Positions 1 through 13,224 of a DNA stretch of 64,000 nt are shown here, piece by piece; the first letter of the stretch is position 1; each line of letters opens with the position of its first letter. A program made the position numbers and the translations under genes. The notes below the pieces were generated by a model that had not been told where the DNA came from, searched no databases, and saw only the letters and a list, made by a program, of their open reading frames with translations. This DNA is from Tubiluchus corallicola (lineage: Eukaryota > Animalia > Priapulida): NCBI GenBank assembly GCA_030141605.1, contig JAQGDQ010000947.1, positions 1 to 64,000 of the forward strand. Direction: 5' to 3'.

Positions 1-706
1 CTGCTGCATCATCTATTGATTGTTCATTGTCCAATCCCTATCACGCCTAGAAATCTTCCAGAAAAGAAACAAAAAACTTAATTTTGAATAGGATAAGTTT
101 GTTACACATACATACAAGTCACAAAAGTTCAATTTTTCCACACTTCAGGATAAAGTTCAACACACACAATTTAGAACTAACAAAATTTTCGATGTGCGAA
201 ATACTATAGTTAGGTAAGATAAAGACGGGAAGATTATGTACTTCAGGCTATCGATAAAAATACTTTTCTATCGTTGAAGTACAGTCATTTACAAAAGTTT
301 AAGACCAAAGTGATTTGTTTCATGAAAATTGACAAAACCATTGTTTAACACGGTTCCATCTAAAAACTATTCATTTATTCTTATTGCCCTTTCAGTATAT
401 CCCTCTTGATGTAAAGTCACGATTTGAACCCTCTGAGTCTCACTCAATGACGATTTTTTGCCCATTTTTTGGATCACAAGAAAAATACAAAAACGGCCGA
501 TCTGTATGGATAGCGGCAGGCAAATGAGTCAATCATACTCACTAGACGTACTGTTTCAAACCCCTAGCAGTATGAGGCAATCAACAAAGAATCTGATGCA
601 ATCAGGGTACAGTATGATGAAAATCCCGAAAACTCGAGCTTGGTCTTAAACTTTTGCAAGTGACTGTAATAAATTAAAAAAGAAAAATGAACGAGAGAAT
701 TATATA

Positions 707-1210
707 CAGGGTGCATAAGATTATGGATATGTATAAAATAAATAAAATAGCTTATTTTATGGATTTTTGAAATTTTATTTTATGGATATCAATAAAATAA
801 GAAATAGACTATATCTGGAACAAGATGCCCAGGGGGAAATCAATTAAAAAGTAAAATCAGGAGGCTTGAAACGTGTTTTTAAACACGCAGGACTTAGTTC
901 TAATTTTATCGGTTTCGTTTTAATTTTATCGGTTTCATATCACTTCAAATTTAATCAAATTTTACAAGACAATGCCTTGTAATTCATCACTTCAGTTCAA
1001 ATAATTCGCCTATTTGGTACGAATGTAGAATGCTCTCTACATTTCCGATCCAATGCCTGTATTAAGTTTTGATTGCCTTATTTTGTACAAAAAAATCACA
1101 AAAAAAAATATTTTTTTATTTTATGCATTTCTTATTTTATGGATTTTTCAAATTTTATTTTATGGATTTTTGGTCTTATTTTATGGATATCCATAATCTT
1201 ATGCAGCTTG
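707..1210. mobile_element. MITE with long TIRs (mirror 38324..38827)
   Basis: TA|CAGGGTGCATAAGATTATGGATAT ... ATATCCATAATCTTATGCAGCTTG, with internal TTATTTTATGGAT sub-repeats. Confidence 0.65.
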
Positions 1211-2061
1211 GTTATATACCAACGTAAAACTCTGGAACTTCAATATTTGCCCGCCGTCTCATCATATCTCGACGTTCCATCTTCTCACAAAGTTTGTTCC
1301 TCCTGTTTGTATCAGGATTTGGTAGAAACTCGGGAAATACGTGCCTATCGACAAATGTACACAAACAGGTATTTCAGTAGATGCAAAGCCAAGCAAAATT
1401 CCAATGTAACGAAGAACTCTCTTCATTAGTTATTTAGTAAAACGTTTTCGAATTTTTACAGCACTAATATTTGAACTTATTTGACATTTTTATTCTATTG
1501 TTTATGTGTAAAGGTATTTTTTAATAAAAAGTAAATGCAGACATTTACTGCTGATGGATGATGATACCCGACTGAATTTAATGTACATATAGATTAAAAT
1601 CATAAAGTCTTGCGGAAATGTTTTTGAAAAACTTAGTAATATTAAGTTAATTCTAATTTACAATCCATTTCATGGTTGTATTAAATTTTACTTTACGTAA
1701 AATAAATTATTATAAAAATAGCATTATGATGCTTTAATAGTGCCAGCATTGCTTGTTTATAAAATATAACAAAATCTTAAACTCCAGAATGAGTAATCAT
1801 ATCATTGTTATGATGCTTTAATAGTGTCGGCATTGTTTGTTTATAAAATATAACTTGTTTATAAAATATAACAAAATCTTAAACTCCAGAATAAGTAATC
1901 ACTAGTTTTTCTGCCCCCACCCCATTTGCCTAAAACTCTACTTGCGGCAGAAGGCAGACAAAAAAATTTAATTAATTCTCCCCTAAAAAGGAACAAAATT
2001 AATTCTCCATATATTCTGATAATTTCCTTCATGATATTAGTTCTCATTAATTATGTTCAAC

Positions 2062-2392
2062 ATTTGTGCAATAGTGCATGAATTTGTAATACATAACATG
2101 TTTTGTGCAATAGTGCATGAATTTGTAATATATAACACATTTTGTGCAATAGTACATAAATTTGTAACACATAACACATTTTGTGCACTAGTGCATGAAT
2201 TTGTAATTGATAACACATTTTGTGCAATAGTGCATGAATTTGTAATACATAACACATTTTGTGCAATAGTGCATGAATTTGTAACACATAACACATTTTG
2301 CGCAATAGTGCATGAATTTGTAACACATAACACATTTTGTGCAATAGTGCATGAATTTGTAATACATAAAACATTTTGTGCAATAGTGCATT
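2062..2392. repeat. 39-bp minisatellite, ~8.5 copies
   Basis: Unit TTTTGTGCAATAGTGCATGAATTTGTAATACATAACACA; produces spurious 13-aa repeat ORFs. Confidence 0.95.
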
Positions 2393-3479
2393 ATCAACTA
2401 TACACAAAGTGGATTTTCTCGTACATAAGTACAACCAACCTGTAATGGGCAGGGGCAGCCTCTAAAGATTCTTTTTCTGCATTTTCTGACGTACTCGGTG
2501 GTCCTGATGCAACTATTTGTGTGGATGTTGACAACGGTCTTTTGAAGCCTACATAAAACATTTATAAACTGCAACTGTGACGAACTGCACATGTAAATGT
2601 ATCTAGAAGCCAATTAAAGCGGTGTGTGTGTAGCATGCGGATGCGTTTTCGACGTGCAGGACAATCTGCGGAAAAAAATCAACAGGAAATAGCTGCAGAA
2701 AAAAAATAATGCATACTCAGGATGGATAAACTGGTGTATTGAAAACAATATAAACTGATTTTATCTATTCCGCATCCGGATGCTATGTAAACGCCACTTT
2801 ACACGTCGTGAAGTATAAAATATATAGATACGTATAATGGATTACCGAAATCACCTTTTATTAATATTAGGGTTCCTTATGTCCGATTTTTGGCTCCTGC
2901 GGGATTTTTGTGCTAAAATTAATTTTTTTTAAAAGTAAGGGATTGTGACCCCACAGACCAAAAAAATTGGGTGCCATTTTGAGGGGGCCATTTTCAGTTG
3001 GGAAGCAGATCAGAGGAATGCCCCATTGTTGACTATATAAAGACATACATAAAAATCGCAGGAAAGGGTATTTTATGATGCTGAATGCTAATCTGATATT
3101 AGCTTCTTCAAAAGAAAGGTTCCAATTGCCCTAGAAACCCATTTTACGGTATTCCTTCTGGCCCAGAAGTAGGGTACACTCCGATTATTTAGTGTACAAA
3201 TCTGAAACTTACTAGAATGGGGTGCTATAGAGTGCTGTATACAAATATGAACTTAGTTTCTCTCTGCGTATGAATCTATTTGCCCAGACTTCCATTTTCT
3301 GGGAACCGAAATGGGACAAAATGTAATATTAAGTACAAAAGACTAAATATTGCATATTGGTGTTACTGAACAAACGGATCTAGTAGCACAAACTGGCGAG
3401 TTTAGGATTTTTCAAGGACCCACAGCTAGGTCACAGTTCTCACATAAAAGAAAATGACTAGTAGGATGTTTTAACAGTG

Positions 3480-4680
3480 CCGAAGATGAAACTGATATTG
3501 TCATTTTTGAGGAAAGGCCGGCCTATACAACTTTGCACCCAGTCAAAGGAAGATTGCATGCAAAGTACAGGAGAAGGTGGTAAAGCTCCGCGACAACTGT
3601 TGGCTCGCCTTTTAATTTGTACAAGAGTCAAGCCCTGAATTTGGAGAGACGTTAGGCGACACCAATGGCAGTTCTGAGTTCTCTGTTATCCCAAAGTCCT
3701 TGTTCTGGTTAAAAACTTCTAATTACTACAGCGAAAATTCCTTCGTAGAATTTCACTTCAGAAGTAAAAGATGTTACAAGATACGTTTCAGGGAATGGAT
3801 TAAGAAAAAATGTGCATTATCTATGCCATGGTTGTTGTCCGAAGTATTTAAGAAAGAACCAAGCACGGCAAACTGGTACGACTTGCAGAAATCTACCTGC
3901 AAGCAATTGATAAGATCATGAGACGTTACACAGAGCGAAGGGTTATCTTTGGCTGCCACATCAAAGACTCACCAAAATCTGAGACAATGTCAAAGAGAAG
4001 CACGGGACTTATGACACCACGAGCTTGTGCAACTCAAAACCTTTCTGTGACACATTGAAACCAAAGTGGATCTGACTGTACACCTGGGAAAAGCGTTGCT
4101 TTGTGTTTTTGAGAAAAGAGATCAGGACTCAGTGGTAGTATATGGAATCTCGACACTTGCTAATAAGCCAGATCTGTATGACCAGTCTATCGGCCATCAT
4201 TCTCATGATGAAGCTGATATGCTTATCCCGCTACTTGTTCTTGATGCTGCTGAAAAGAATGGAGAAGTGCGGGATGTATGAGTTTGAATTTTTAGTGGAT
4301 AGATGGCGCCAGCAGGAGGAGCAGCAGCAGTAGGAGAGCGGTGGCGGTGAACAAAAATTTTTTAAAAATACAAGTGATGACCACTGCATTTACGAAGTCC
4401 ACGGCTTTACCATATTTGTATTTTACGTTTTAAATTAAAACGAAGTTAAAACATTGGATGTCGATGTATGTTCACCAAAAACAGATGTTTATATTGCTGA
4501 TGGATTTGATGGCAAGACATTCATTTAAAGGACGACTCCCTTTGGTCACAATTGGAAAAATTCAAAAGAGGATCGACAACATTGTTTGCTGTGCAGCTGT
4601 CATACCCGAGAAAGCCAAAAGGCCTTGGGTTTCATGCATTTTGAGGGGCAGACTGGGTTGGTAAGTGCTATGTAAACTTT
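3480..4680 (+). mobile_element. Degenerate DNA-transposon ORF with XPG/PIN-like motifs, Academ(X)-like (mirror ~34835..36055, -)
   Basis: Broken frames give [12 protein letters not shown] (HEEADT-like), DVCSP..FILLMDL (SPDTDVFILL-like) and LGFHAF*GADWVGK (HAFTGCD-like). The superfamily assignment is an inference. Confidence 0.55.
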
Positions 4681-4699
4681 TAACATACATCTTAACGAA

Positions 4700-5240
4700 A
4701 GATTTATGACATGCCACACTACTAGGATGATTAGTATTGCATACAAACGGTAACAAATAGCGACAACTGTGATATGATCAATTCCAAATTTTTCTCCCAG
4801 CAATATTCCAAGCTGTGTTAATATTTTCAATATTGCAACTGATAAGTTTCCAGGCATGAGATCCGCAAAGTAACTGACAAATCATCTGGACTATTTTAAT
4901 TTTCACTTTAAAACTAACCAGATAGAAATTCGAAATAACACTATTGGCCCTAAAAACAAAAACATTTTTTGAACAAGGTATAACAGCGCTGTCAGACAAG
5001 TCAGAAGTTAATATATGACCTAAATGAGAGTTTTATGCAAAGTTAAAGGTGCATCGAGAAATACCTGTGGTTCCCTATTACGTAAATGATGAGGATTGCG
5101 GAGAGTGAATAACATACATTTATATTTTACTTTGTTCCCATGAATATTAACAAAATTAAGGGAATATTTGCTGGCGTAAGTTTCACAAATCTCCAACATG
5201 CACTGAAGACTCTTCACACCTAGGAGCATTTCGGTCACGC
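4700..5240 (-). mobile_element. Non-LTR retrotransposon RT fragment (mirror 34275..34815, +)
   Basis: [29 protein letters not shown] and [14 protein letters not shown] resemble the region following YADD in LINE ORF2. Confidence 0.65.
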
Positions 5241-5703
5241 TTAGCAGTGAAAGAGTTCATCCGATCATGTACAAAAGAAGTTAAAAATGACAGCTGAGCT
5301 TGAACGGAGTACATGACAGTTAACATAAAAACATTGGATAGAGCAGAAAGAAAACATTTTCGCATGTTGATTAATAATCCATAGCATTTGTCATTGTAGG
5401 CATATCCACCAATTATTTGTACAGCTAATACAACAATACCAAAGCATGTGAAGCAAAATGTTTGCATCTATTGGTAAAGGCAACTGTAATGCATATGTAA
5501 ATGGTGCAGGTTTCAAAGTAAATGTTGCGACTTGTATTAAGGTCTCGATTCAGATGCATGCTATTTTCACCGGAGAAATTCAAAAACAATACTTATAAAA
5601 TCTATCGTAAATGTGAACAAGGTGAAAACGGGTCGTGAAAATGTAATGTGGGAAGACGATTAAATGAAAACTACAATTAAAAAACTGTGAAAAGAAATTG
5701 TGT

Positions 5704-6608
5704 TCTACGAGCGGAGTTGCTGGGCAACAACAGCAATTTTACAAACAGCTTCGGAGAAGCAGATATTGTTCCTAGTTACAAAGCCAGTATTGTTGAAGTA
5801 ATCATCTCGAGCATAATCTCTGTAATTACCGTGGTAGGAAACACACTTGTACTGGTTGCCATAGCAAACACAAAATTGCTACACACTCGAAAAAATGCCA
5901 TCATTGTATCTCTAGCAGCGGCAGATTTGATGGTTGGTGCTTTTGCATTACCATTCCTAATTGCCCGCGACTTCTCTAGAAGGATAAGAGTATTTCAAAA
6001 ACTCTCACCATTTGTAGGTCTTTCAACAACTACAGTAAGCGTATATCACATCCTACTGATAGCTGTGGAGAGGTATATCACAATCGTGCATCCTCTAAGA
6101 TGCAATGTCTACGTGAATACAAAAATGGTGTCACTATCCATAGCTGGGATTTGGATAACGGGAACAACCACGGGATACGTGCCGAGCGACTTTACTTACA
6201 CCACATTTGACACCGTTTCTTTTCGCTCTTTTTGAAATGCTGATGATTCCTGTAATTCTGGTGACGATTACGTTAACTGCTGTCGTGTGGAAAGCAGCAT
6301 GGCGACAAGCGCAGCGTGTAGACGACCAAAGTCAACAACCTTCACAGGGCGCGATGAGACAGCTTAAAGAACTAAAGGCGACAAAAACTCTGGGTGCTGT
6401 GGTGCTTGCTGCTATTGTTTTCTGGTTGCCGTCTATAATTGTGCCAATAATCAATGCAAAATGCAAGTGTATAACAAGGGATATGTTTGCACCTGGAATA
6501 TGGCTGGTTTATGCAAATAGCGCCATTAATCCAGTAATATATGCAGCATTCAGTACAAGCCACAGAACTGCCATGACAAAGATACTAAAATGTAAAATAA
6601 CAACTTAA
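5704..6608 (+). pseudogene. Disabled mirror copy of the GPCR
   Basis: A 22-bp deletion at ~5711 removes the ATG. A 1-bp insertion at ~6183 (GTGCCGAGCG vs GTGCGAGCG) splits it into ORFs 5687..6235 and 6207..6608. Confidence 0.88.
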
Positions 6609-6650
6609 ATTGTTAAGTAGTTGTTGTAAGTAAGTAGTGTTGTTTGTAAG

Positions 6651-7422
6651 GCTGGCTCAGTAACACGTACGGTCATTTGGAAATTCCCAGCCTCCAGTAT
6701 AGAATATAGCAGTCACAAAGAAATTTGCTATTTAAACTGATAAGTCAAAGAACTGGTATGGTGGACGATCCATTTATGTTTGTTTGGAATTTATGTAAAA
6801 CTAACAATACCAAAGGATACAAGTACCTCCAAAAGATCCTTTCTACTGATATCAAAGACGATGTTCCGGCAAAAATTCGTAACAAAACGGGAACAAAATT
6901 TTTGACATTTATAGAACTGAACCCATGTTTAGAACCTCATAAAGTCTATAATGATATGGAATCTGAAATCCTGGACTACCAAAGAGTTGAATTTACCAGA
7001 CTTAGGACGTCATCGCATAATCTCATGGTAGAAACCGGACGTTGGTCCAGAATACCGAGAGAAGACAGATTATGTACATGTGGGGAAGAAGTTCAAACAG
7101 AAGCCCACGTCTTATTGAGATGTCCGGTGACAGAAGATTTACGAATTGAACATTCTGAGTTGAACTTTTCTAGCATTTGTAACCTTATGCACTCCGCCAA
7201 TTTAACGTCATTAATGAAATATTGTTGGAGATGTGTTAAGACGTATGAGTGAAGAACTATTGTGCCCCTACATTAAAACGCGATATTTTTGTTGATTCGG
7301 TAAAGAAATTTGCCCTCTGTATATGATTTTTTGTTTTGTAGTTAAATTTTAATTTCGTTAATTATATAGTTATCGTTGCCTACTTATGTTATGGGAAATC
7401 ATTACGGTGAATAAGCTAATTC
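6651..7422 (+). mobile_element. 5'-truncated LINE (ORF2 C-terminus plus 3' UTR), present only in the left arm
   Basis: ORF 6725..7252 contains RLRTSSHNLMVETGRW..RLCTCG..TEAHVLLRCP (CCHC-type). TAAG is duplicated at both ends and the right arm has the empty site at ~32850. Confidence 0.85.
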
Positions 7423-8430
7423 TAAGCAGGTACGTTTATCATGTGCTAATACGCAAGCGTAGCAGTTTTGATTTGAATCTGTTACCCGCTCGTCCACTGC
7501 AATTAACCTCGTTACCCAAGAATTTCTAGAAACTAAATATTTAATCACGTGTCTATTGGTTCCAATTTCGAGTGGTTTTCAATCAAATCACGCTGGAGCA
7601 TCAGCGTAAGGATTTAACAGTTAAGGAAAAACTGAAAATTTTAGAGTGGCACGATAAATTTCTGAAAATTCCGGACAGAGGTGGTGTGCAGCAGCGCAGT
7701 TGAAAAGTTCCCAAACTATTGGCAGAATTTTGAAAGAAACTATCACAAGTTAAACAGTCAGCAAGCCAAAATGAGAATCTAGCGTCTGAACGTTCAAGAA
7801 ATGCTGTTTTTACTGGTAAACAAACGCCACACAACTCATTCAGCTGTGAGATCAGGGTATTATTCCAACACTGAAGGCATACTATAGAAGAGAAATGCGG
7901 GTGAAAGTGTTAGAAGCAATGGATTCGGATGATGCAGCTCATCAATTAAGTGCAAATGACATGGCTAAAAAAAGTTTTCTGAACACACTGCATCTATTGG
8001 CTATGTCATGGAGCAATTCAATTCAGTCAACACTCTATTCAGAACTGTTTCAGTCACGTCCGATTCACATGCCTGAAGAAAACTGATAATGAAATTCTTA
8101 CTACGTCGCAAGAGATAAGCCTATCACCACCTGGTATGAGCAGCATCGAATTCGAAATCTGGGTGGTAATTGATTCGGTCATTCAAGTTACACCGCAAAT
8201 AACGGAACACAAAATCATCACCATAGCAAGTGCGTGTCAAGACGAACATACAGAGGACGACAAAACTACTTGCGAGAAAACAAAGGCACCGCCAACTGCT
8301 AAATGTTTTATGAGAATACGTGCATCACACAGCAACAGCTTTTCAATGTTTTCATGATTATGAGAACCTTGTAAGCCAATTTCTTCGCAAGAAGATGAGG
8401 CAGCCGACTTTTACATAAAAATTAGTCATT
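7423..8430 (+). mobile_element. Internally deleted Tigger/pogo transposase remnant
   Basis: [14 protein letters not shown] (HTH_psq-like N-terminus) and [30 protein letters not shown] (end of DDE_1). Confidence 0.8.
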
Positions 8431-11400
8431 GGATCAATTTAAAGTTGTTACATAACTTTAATCCATAGGATAATACCTTAAAATGTGTAAGTAGCGTATA
8501 TTAACTGCACACGTAAGTAATTTTTATTTCACTCCATAAATTTACAATAATTTAAGAATAAAATATACAAAAATACAAACCAACCTAGGAGAACCTATAA
8601 GTAATTTTCAGATTTTTGTTGACTTTCAGACACGCACGAAAACTTGCGAGCATATAGTAGTCGATAGAGTTCGCTCTATAAGTATAAGTCAATAAAAAGA
8701 TTGCTCAAGTACCTGGTGGGATTAGTAATAGTACTGCACGACAACCAAATGACGCCATTTTTTGCCAAAATGAGCGCGTCCAAGCGTGACGTGTTGGGAC
8801 TTCAAATTGAGTTTACTAATTACACGAGGCGCGTATTGCATTTTTATGGCTGAAACGTTCTATAATTTTCCTCAAAAAAGCTCAGCTTCCAGATAACCTT
8901 GGCTTTTGCTTTAAACTCCACTTTATGTTAACCAATAACATACTAATATTTCTTACTTACAAGTCTTTGGCGTCAACATGCGGATACATCTCTTGCTTCT
9001 CGACAAATTACGCACACCATCCGATATTAAACTGCCACAGAATTTACAAACAGAAGCCATAATTAACAGAACAAGCAAGTTCAGCAGGTCGCTTACAAAA
9101 ACAGCATACCGCTAATCGGACCCCGTCATTGGCAAAAGCGAAACAACAAAGTTGAAAATTAAACACGACGATCGCTAATCCAAGCACCTAGATAAGATGA
9201 TAAGAATGTGCATTTCTCTGCCAGAAATTAGAATCGAATTAGAGACTTTCGAATATATGAATCAGACCGAATTATTCGAGATTTCTAATCCATTTGTAAT
9301 CCATTTCTGGAATAAGAAATCTGGCAGCAGATTCTAATCATTTTTTTTCAACTTTCGTTTAAAAAGCTGGTACAAATACCTACTAACCTACTACTTTTAG
9401 GTCATTTTTCTTTTTCCATTGCTAAAGTTACACAATTTTTATGTAACTGTGATTTTAGTATCAGTATACCATATCTTAAAATTTGTTTATGAAAATAACC
9501 TTGCACACAGCCAGTTTATGTAGTATTCAATGGGTTATGTAGTATTTAACGTGCATTGCTTTGCCAATGTACATTGTATGTATTTGTACAAGTAAAACTG
9601 AATTGAATTGAATTGTACATGTGCGATTTGTTTCTGTGCCATTTTTAAAATGCCATTTTTCCTGTGCCATTTTTACCTACTTTCGATCTGTGCCATTATA
9701 TTCCGAAGGTAAACAAACTAACTCGTAGAGTTAGTGTACAAACTAACTATATGATTTCTTGAGGCAAATTAACAAATGGAGTGGGGACACATGTAGGTGC
9801 TCAGCTTGTGCTACCTAATATGTGTTAATTATTTTTAAGTACACTGTATCTTCATTGTTTTAATGGATCAGTTTTAGTGTTTTTTATCTCCATATAATCT
9901 TTTCATATTCTCAGAATTAAGTGATGAACACCTTTTTAAATATTTGTGGCTGGCTTGTTTTTATCCTTGTATGATTTTATTTTTATATTTTGCATACCTT
10001 TTTATAATACCCTTTTTTCATTTTTTGATTTTATTTCCAATTTGAGTAATAGTGTGTGTCTATTTTAGTAATTTTTTTTAGCATACTATAGTTTAGTCGG
10101 TATGAATAGCCTATTTGGCTGTTCTTCTGTTGAACACCCGACTTTAAGTAAAGATTATGAATATACATATGTACAAAGACTATAAACCACAGAAAGTAGG
10201 GAAACATACTGCGCAGTAGTTCTCGCAGTTAGTGTCGCCCTAGCGACAGTTCAGTAACTTTTTGTTACAAGTTAAATATTTTGTACACTAAGCAAAGACT
10301 GCTAAGCCTACATCTCTCTTTGGCGATTTATAGCACCTGTTATATTTTTGAATATTATTTAAAGCAAGCATAAGGCATTAAGAATAATTAGTAGTTAAAA
10401 TAAAAATTATTATAATCATATCTCATAAAAATTAATAGGCTTATTTGCAAAAGAAATTAAGAAAGTTGATCAAAAAGAAAGTTTGCAAATACCTGGCTTA
10501 TGTAGTATTCGATTTCTGCAGAAATATTTTTTCGAAAAAACATTCCTATTTAATGTTCTTATCAGGAAATATTAGGCCTGACTTTCATAGTACCTTTCAT
10601 AGAAAGAAAATCGATTTTTTAGAAGAGCAAATAATTTTCTAGAACAAAACCTAATCTGAGCATCTGCATGTTTTGTTAATTCCAAGTTAAAAAATGTTTA
10701 AAAAGCATATAATCATACATTGGCCTTTGTTATGAGTTGGAGTTAGTTATAAAATTACGTTGAACAAGCAGAGATGCATTTACGACATTACTCCTCTTTT
10801 TTATTATCTGTAACAAAAAATAACTGAATGAAACATCAGAGCTGTCATCCTAAGCAGCCGACATTACTTCCACCTCTATAACAACCAACTAACTAGGTCA
10901 AAATCTGGTCAGAAGCCAACCTGGCGCATAAATTAGAATCTGCACGCGTGTCATAACACCTTATATATCATGTGCAGACATTACTTATATTTAGCCTAAT
11001 TTTTTAAGATTCAGATAGGCTTACATAAAATAAATGTTCATTAAATACAGTTTGCTTACGTGTAAAAATGTACTTGTACAAGCATATTAATAAAACGCCT
11101 GTGGCTAAATCCACTGACAAGTCTTGATAAATATTATTTATTGATGGGCTTAAATTAATTGATTTTATACGGGCCTAGGTGCCTAGGGCAATCATTTTAT
11201 ATAGTTAAATATATAGGCTCAGCTTCATAGAATCTAATTTTCGGTATTTGACTCAAATTTAGCTGATCTTATTTGTTTTTCTTTTGTTTTGTTTATTAAT
11301 CAGAGTCTGATTGCAGCTTGATTCAGTTCCCTATTTGAAAGTTTATTTAAATTTCTGTTTGGCTAGCTTGCTTTTCATTTTATTTAATTTGTTTTTTATT

Positions 11401-11632
11401 ATTTTTTTTATTTAGTATTATTGTTATTATTTTGCATGTTTTTCTCATTTTGAGTTATGCATGGACGATATGACAGCTTGAATTTTGATCATTTTTTATT
11501 CATTTGTACCACATTATTTGGCTTTTGCTTACCATTGCTTTTTGTTTATCATTTTCCTGTATGTTTAGATATCTTTGATTGCATTTTCATCCTTCAGTTA
11601 TTTAAAGTTGATTAGAGAATTTTAAACAGATC

Positions 11633-11865
11633 AAGTTGCTAAGTAAAATAGTAACAATGTAATTTCACTACTATTCATGAGTGAAATAGTTACAGTCACA
11701 CAGTGTCATCCCAATAATCACATACATCCGTTGAAGGATGGCTTGACTAGTTGACCCTCTTGGTCTTTCACCATCGTATTTCCATTGAGAAAATTAAATA
11801 CATTTACTTGCCTCAGTTATATCATGAATATGGAAATAAATACACGTTTTGAATTGAATTGAATA
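11633..11865 (+). mobile_element. Dispersed LINE/SINE 3' end with (GAATT)n tail; other copies at ~28910..29135 (-) and 44841..45068 (+)
   Basis: Shared AAGTTGC.AAGTAAAATAGTAA..ATGGAAATAAAT..GAATTGAATTGAA at three sites. Confidence 0.7.
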
Positions 11866-12014
11866 TATGAAGCACTGTATCATGCAATTCTTGTTGTGTG
11901 CATGCGTGCGTGTGCGAATTATTTAATTTTCGTTCTTCCTCTTTGTACACTTCGATATGTACTTACGCAGAAGAATAACGAATTTATATACAACCTAAAC
12001 GCTAACTTCAGAAC

Positions 12015-12110
12015 TTTTGCTCTGACGTCACGCAAATGGCGTTTTCCATAGCTCATTCGCGGTTTTCACGTGTCCTGTGCATAATCCTACCCGTACCCGG
12101 GAAGTAGTGC
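12015..12110 (+). promoter_or_regulatory. Putative WDR3 promoter / non-coding first exon (mirror ~28660-28755)
   Basis: TGACGTCA, AAATGGCG and CACGTG in a CpG-rich patch. The WDR3 ATG exon is preceded by a splice acceptor (TTTCAG ending at 13609), which implies an upstream exon. Confidence 0.35.
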
Positions 12111-12539
12111 TTACAAGCCACTGGTATAGCTTGTGTTTTTTTGCTACATTAAATTGCTGTGTTTACCAGTCTTTAGGACAGATTTCTTTATTTTGGAATT
12201 CTGCCTGCCCATTGTCTACAGTAGACGTGATGGGCATAATTATGATTTGTATTAAAATAATAATACTGTATTATATGATTCGATTAATAATCGATGTTAT
12301 TCCGTAATGTACTGGGCGAAGCATCGGCTTTTTTGCCCATTGTTTTCTCTATTTTCGTACTAAGCTGGTTGCATGTACAAACGTGAAGCAATTAACGTCT
12401 GAATTTTTCGCTGTCTGCGGTGACACGTAGAAATGATGATTACTGCAACGCCTCTAGCGTCTACTCGGTTTGAAAGGTTTTATTTTATTTCTCCGGATGG
12501 TCTGCTTACCATCATTTGTCAAATGTCTTTTAAAGTGAC

Positions 12540-12740
12540 CTGACATGTGTGCGCAACTTGTTCCAATCTTTGCATATGTTTGGAGTATGATAGATCATGC
12601 AGTCCTGGTACCAGTTTCGTTGTGTGACTCTGGATGGTTTCTACCTTTCTAATATATTCTAACTTAACTGATTACCATATTTCGTCTGACCGTCTCCATA
12701 CTCCATTACTGGGCGTACATTCAGCCATACAAGGGTTTTG
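12540..12740 (-). mobile_element. CR1-type LINE ORF2 fragment (mirror ~28030..28235)
   Basis: VETIQSHTTKLVPGLHDLSYSKHMQ resembles the CR1 motif LEKVQRRATKLVPGL..LSY..RL. Confidence 0.6.
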
Positions 12741-13029
12741 TACAGTATTAAAAACATTTAACAGTCTAAGCAATGCTGTAAGAATAGACCACAGATGTTT
12801 TCGACCTGCTTTATAAGGTTCATCAATAGTTTAAGAGTGTATTCTTTTCCACACTGCATCTTACAATTATCACCACAATACAGATAATTATCCAGTAAAG
12901 TAAATACAATGCGATATAGTCCAGATAATACAAATAAAATAAGAAGTCTTTAGCAGCTAGCATATACACGTGCACAATACACAATAATTTTGATGAATAC
13001 AGTTTGAAGCTAAAAGCATAGTTTGTCAG

Positions 13030-13200
13030 GCCAAACAGTATGTGGTATCATAATGCCGCCTGCCTTGAGGTCCTGTTTACATACATCTTTGTTGCGGAGC
13101 AGTGGCCTCCCGGTGGGTCTGGAGCCAGTGGCGAGTTTGCTGTACAGAATGTTCTTGGGCATACATGCTAGAATATTCACATCATGTAAGATATGTTTAA
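13030..13200 (-). mobile_element. RTE-type LINE ORF2 C-terminal fragment (mirror ~27575..27745)
   Basis: MPKNILYSKLATGSRPTGRPLLRNKDVCKQDLKAGGI resembles the RTE motif RxPKxxLYGEL..GxR..GRP..RYKD. Confidence 0.7.
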
Positions 13201-13224
13201 GATATGCTGTTATTTGATGACTAA

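Larger units (their letters stand above)
1220..8758 (-). pseudogene. MRPL19: Partial mirror copy of MRPL19 (exons 1-3 only within the window; may continue left of position 1)
   Basis: Exons 8758-8713 (in-frame 6-nt insertion, [15 protein letters not shown]), 2548-2440 and 1344-1220 have intact frames and splice sites. Arm homology ends at position 33, inside intron 3. Confidence 0.75.

Noticed and set aside
1073-1429. 118-aa hydrophobic ORF (mirror 38105-38461)
   Set aside because: Antisense to MRPL19 exon 3 plus AT-rich MITE sequence.
2037-2445. Overlapping Cys/His-rich repeat ORFs on both strands (and the mirror at 37088-37496)
   Set aside because: By-products of a stop-poor 39-bp minisatellite inside MRPL19 intron 2.
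6725-7252. 175-aa host zinc-finger gene
   Set aside because: LINE ORF2 C-terminus inside an insertion that is absent from the other arm.
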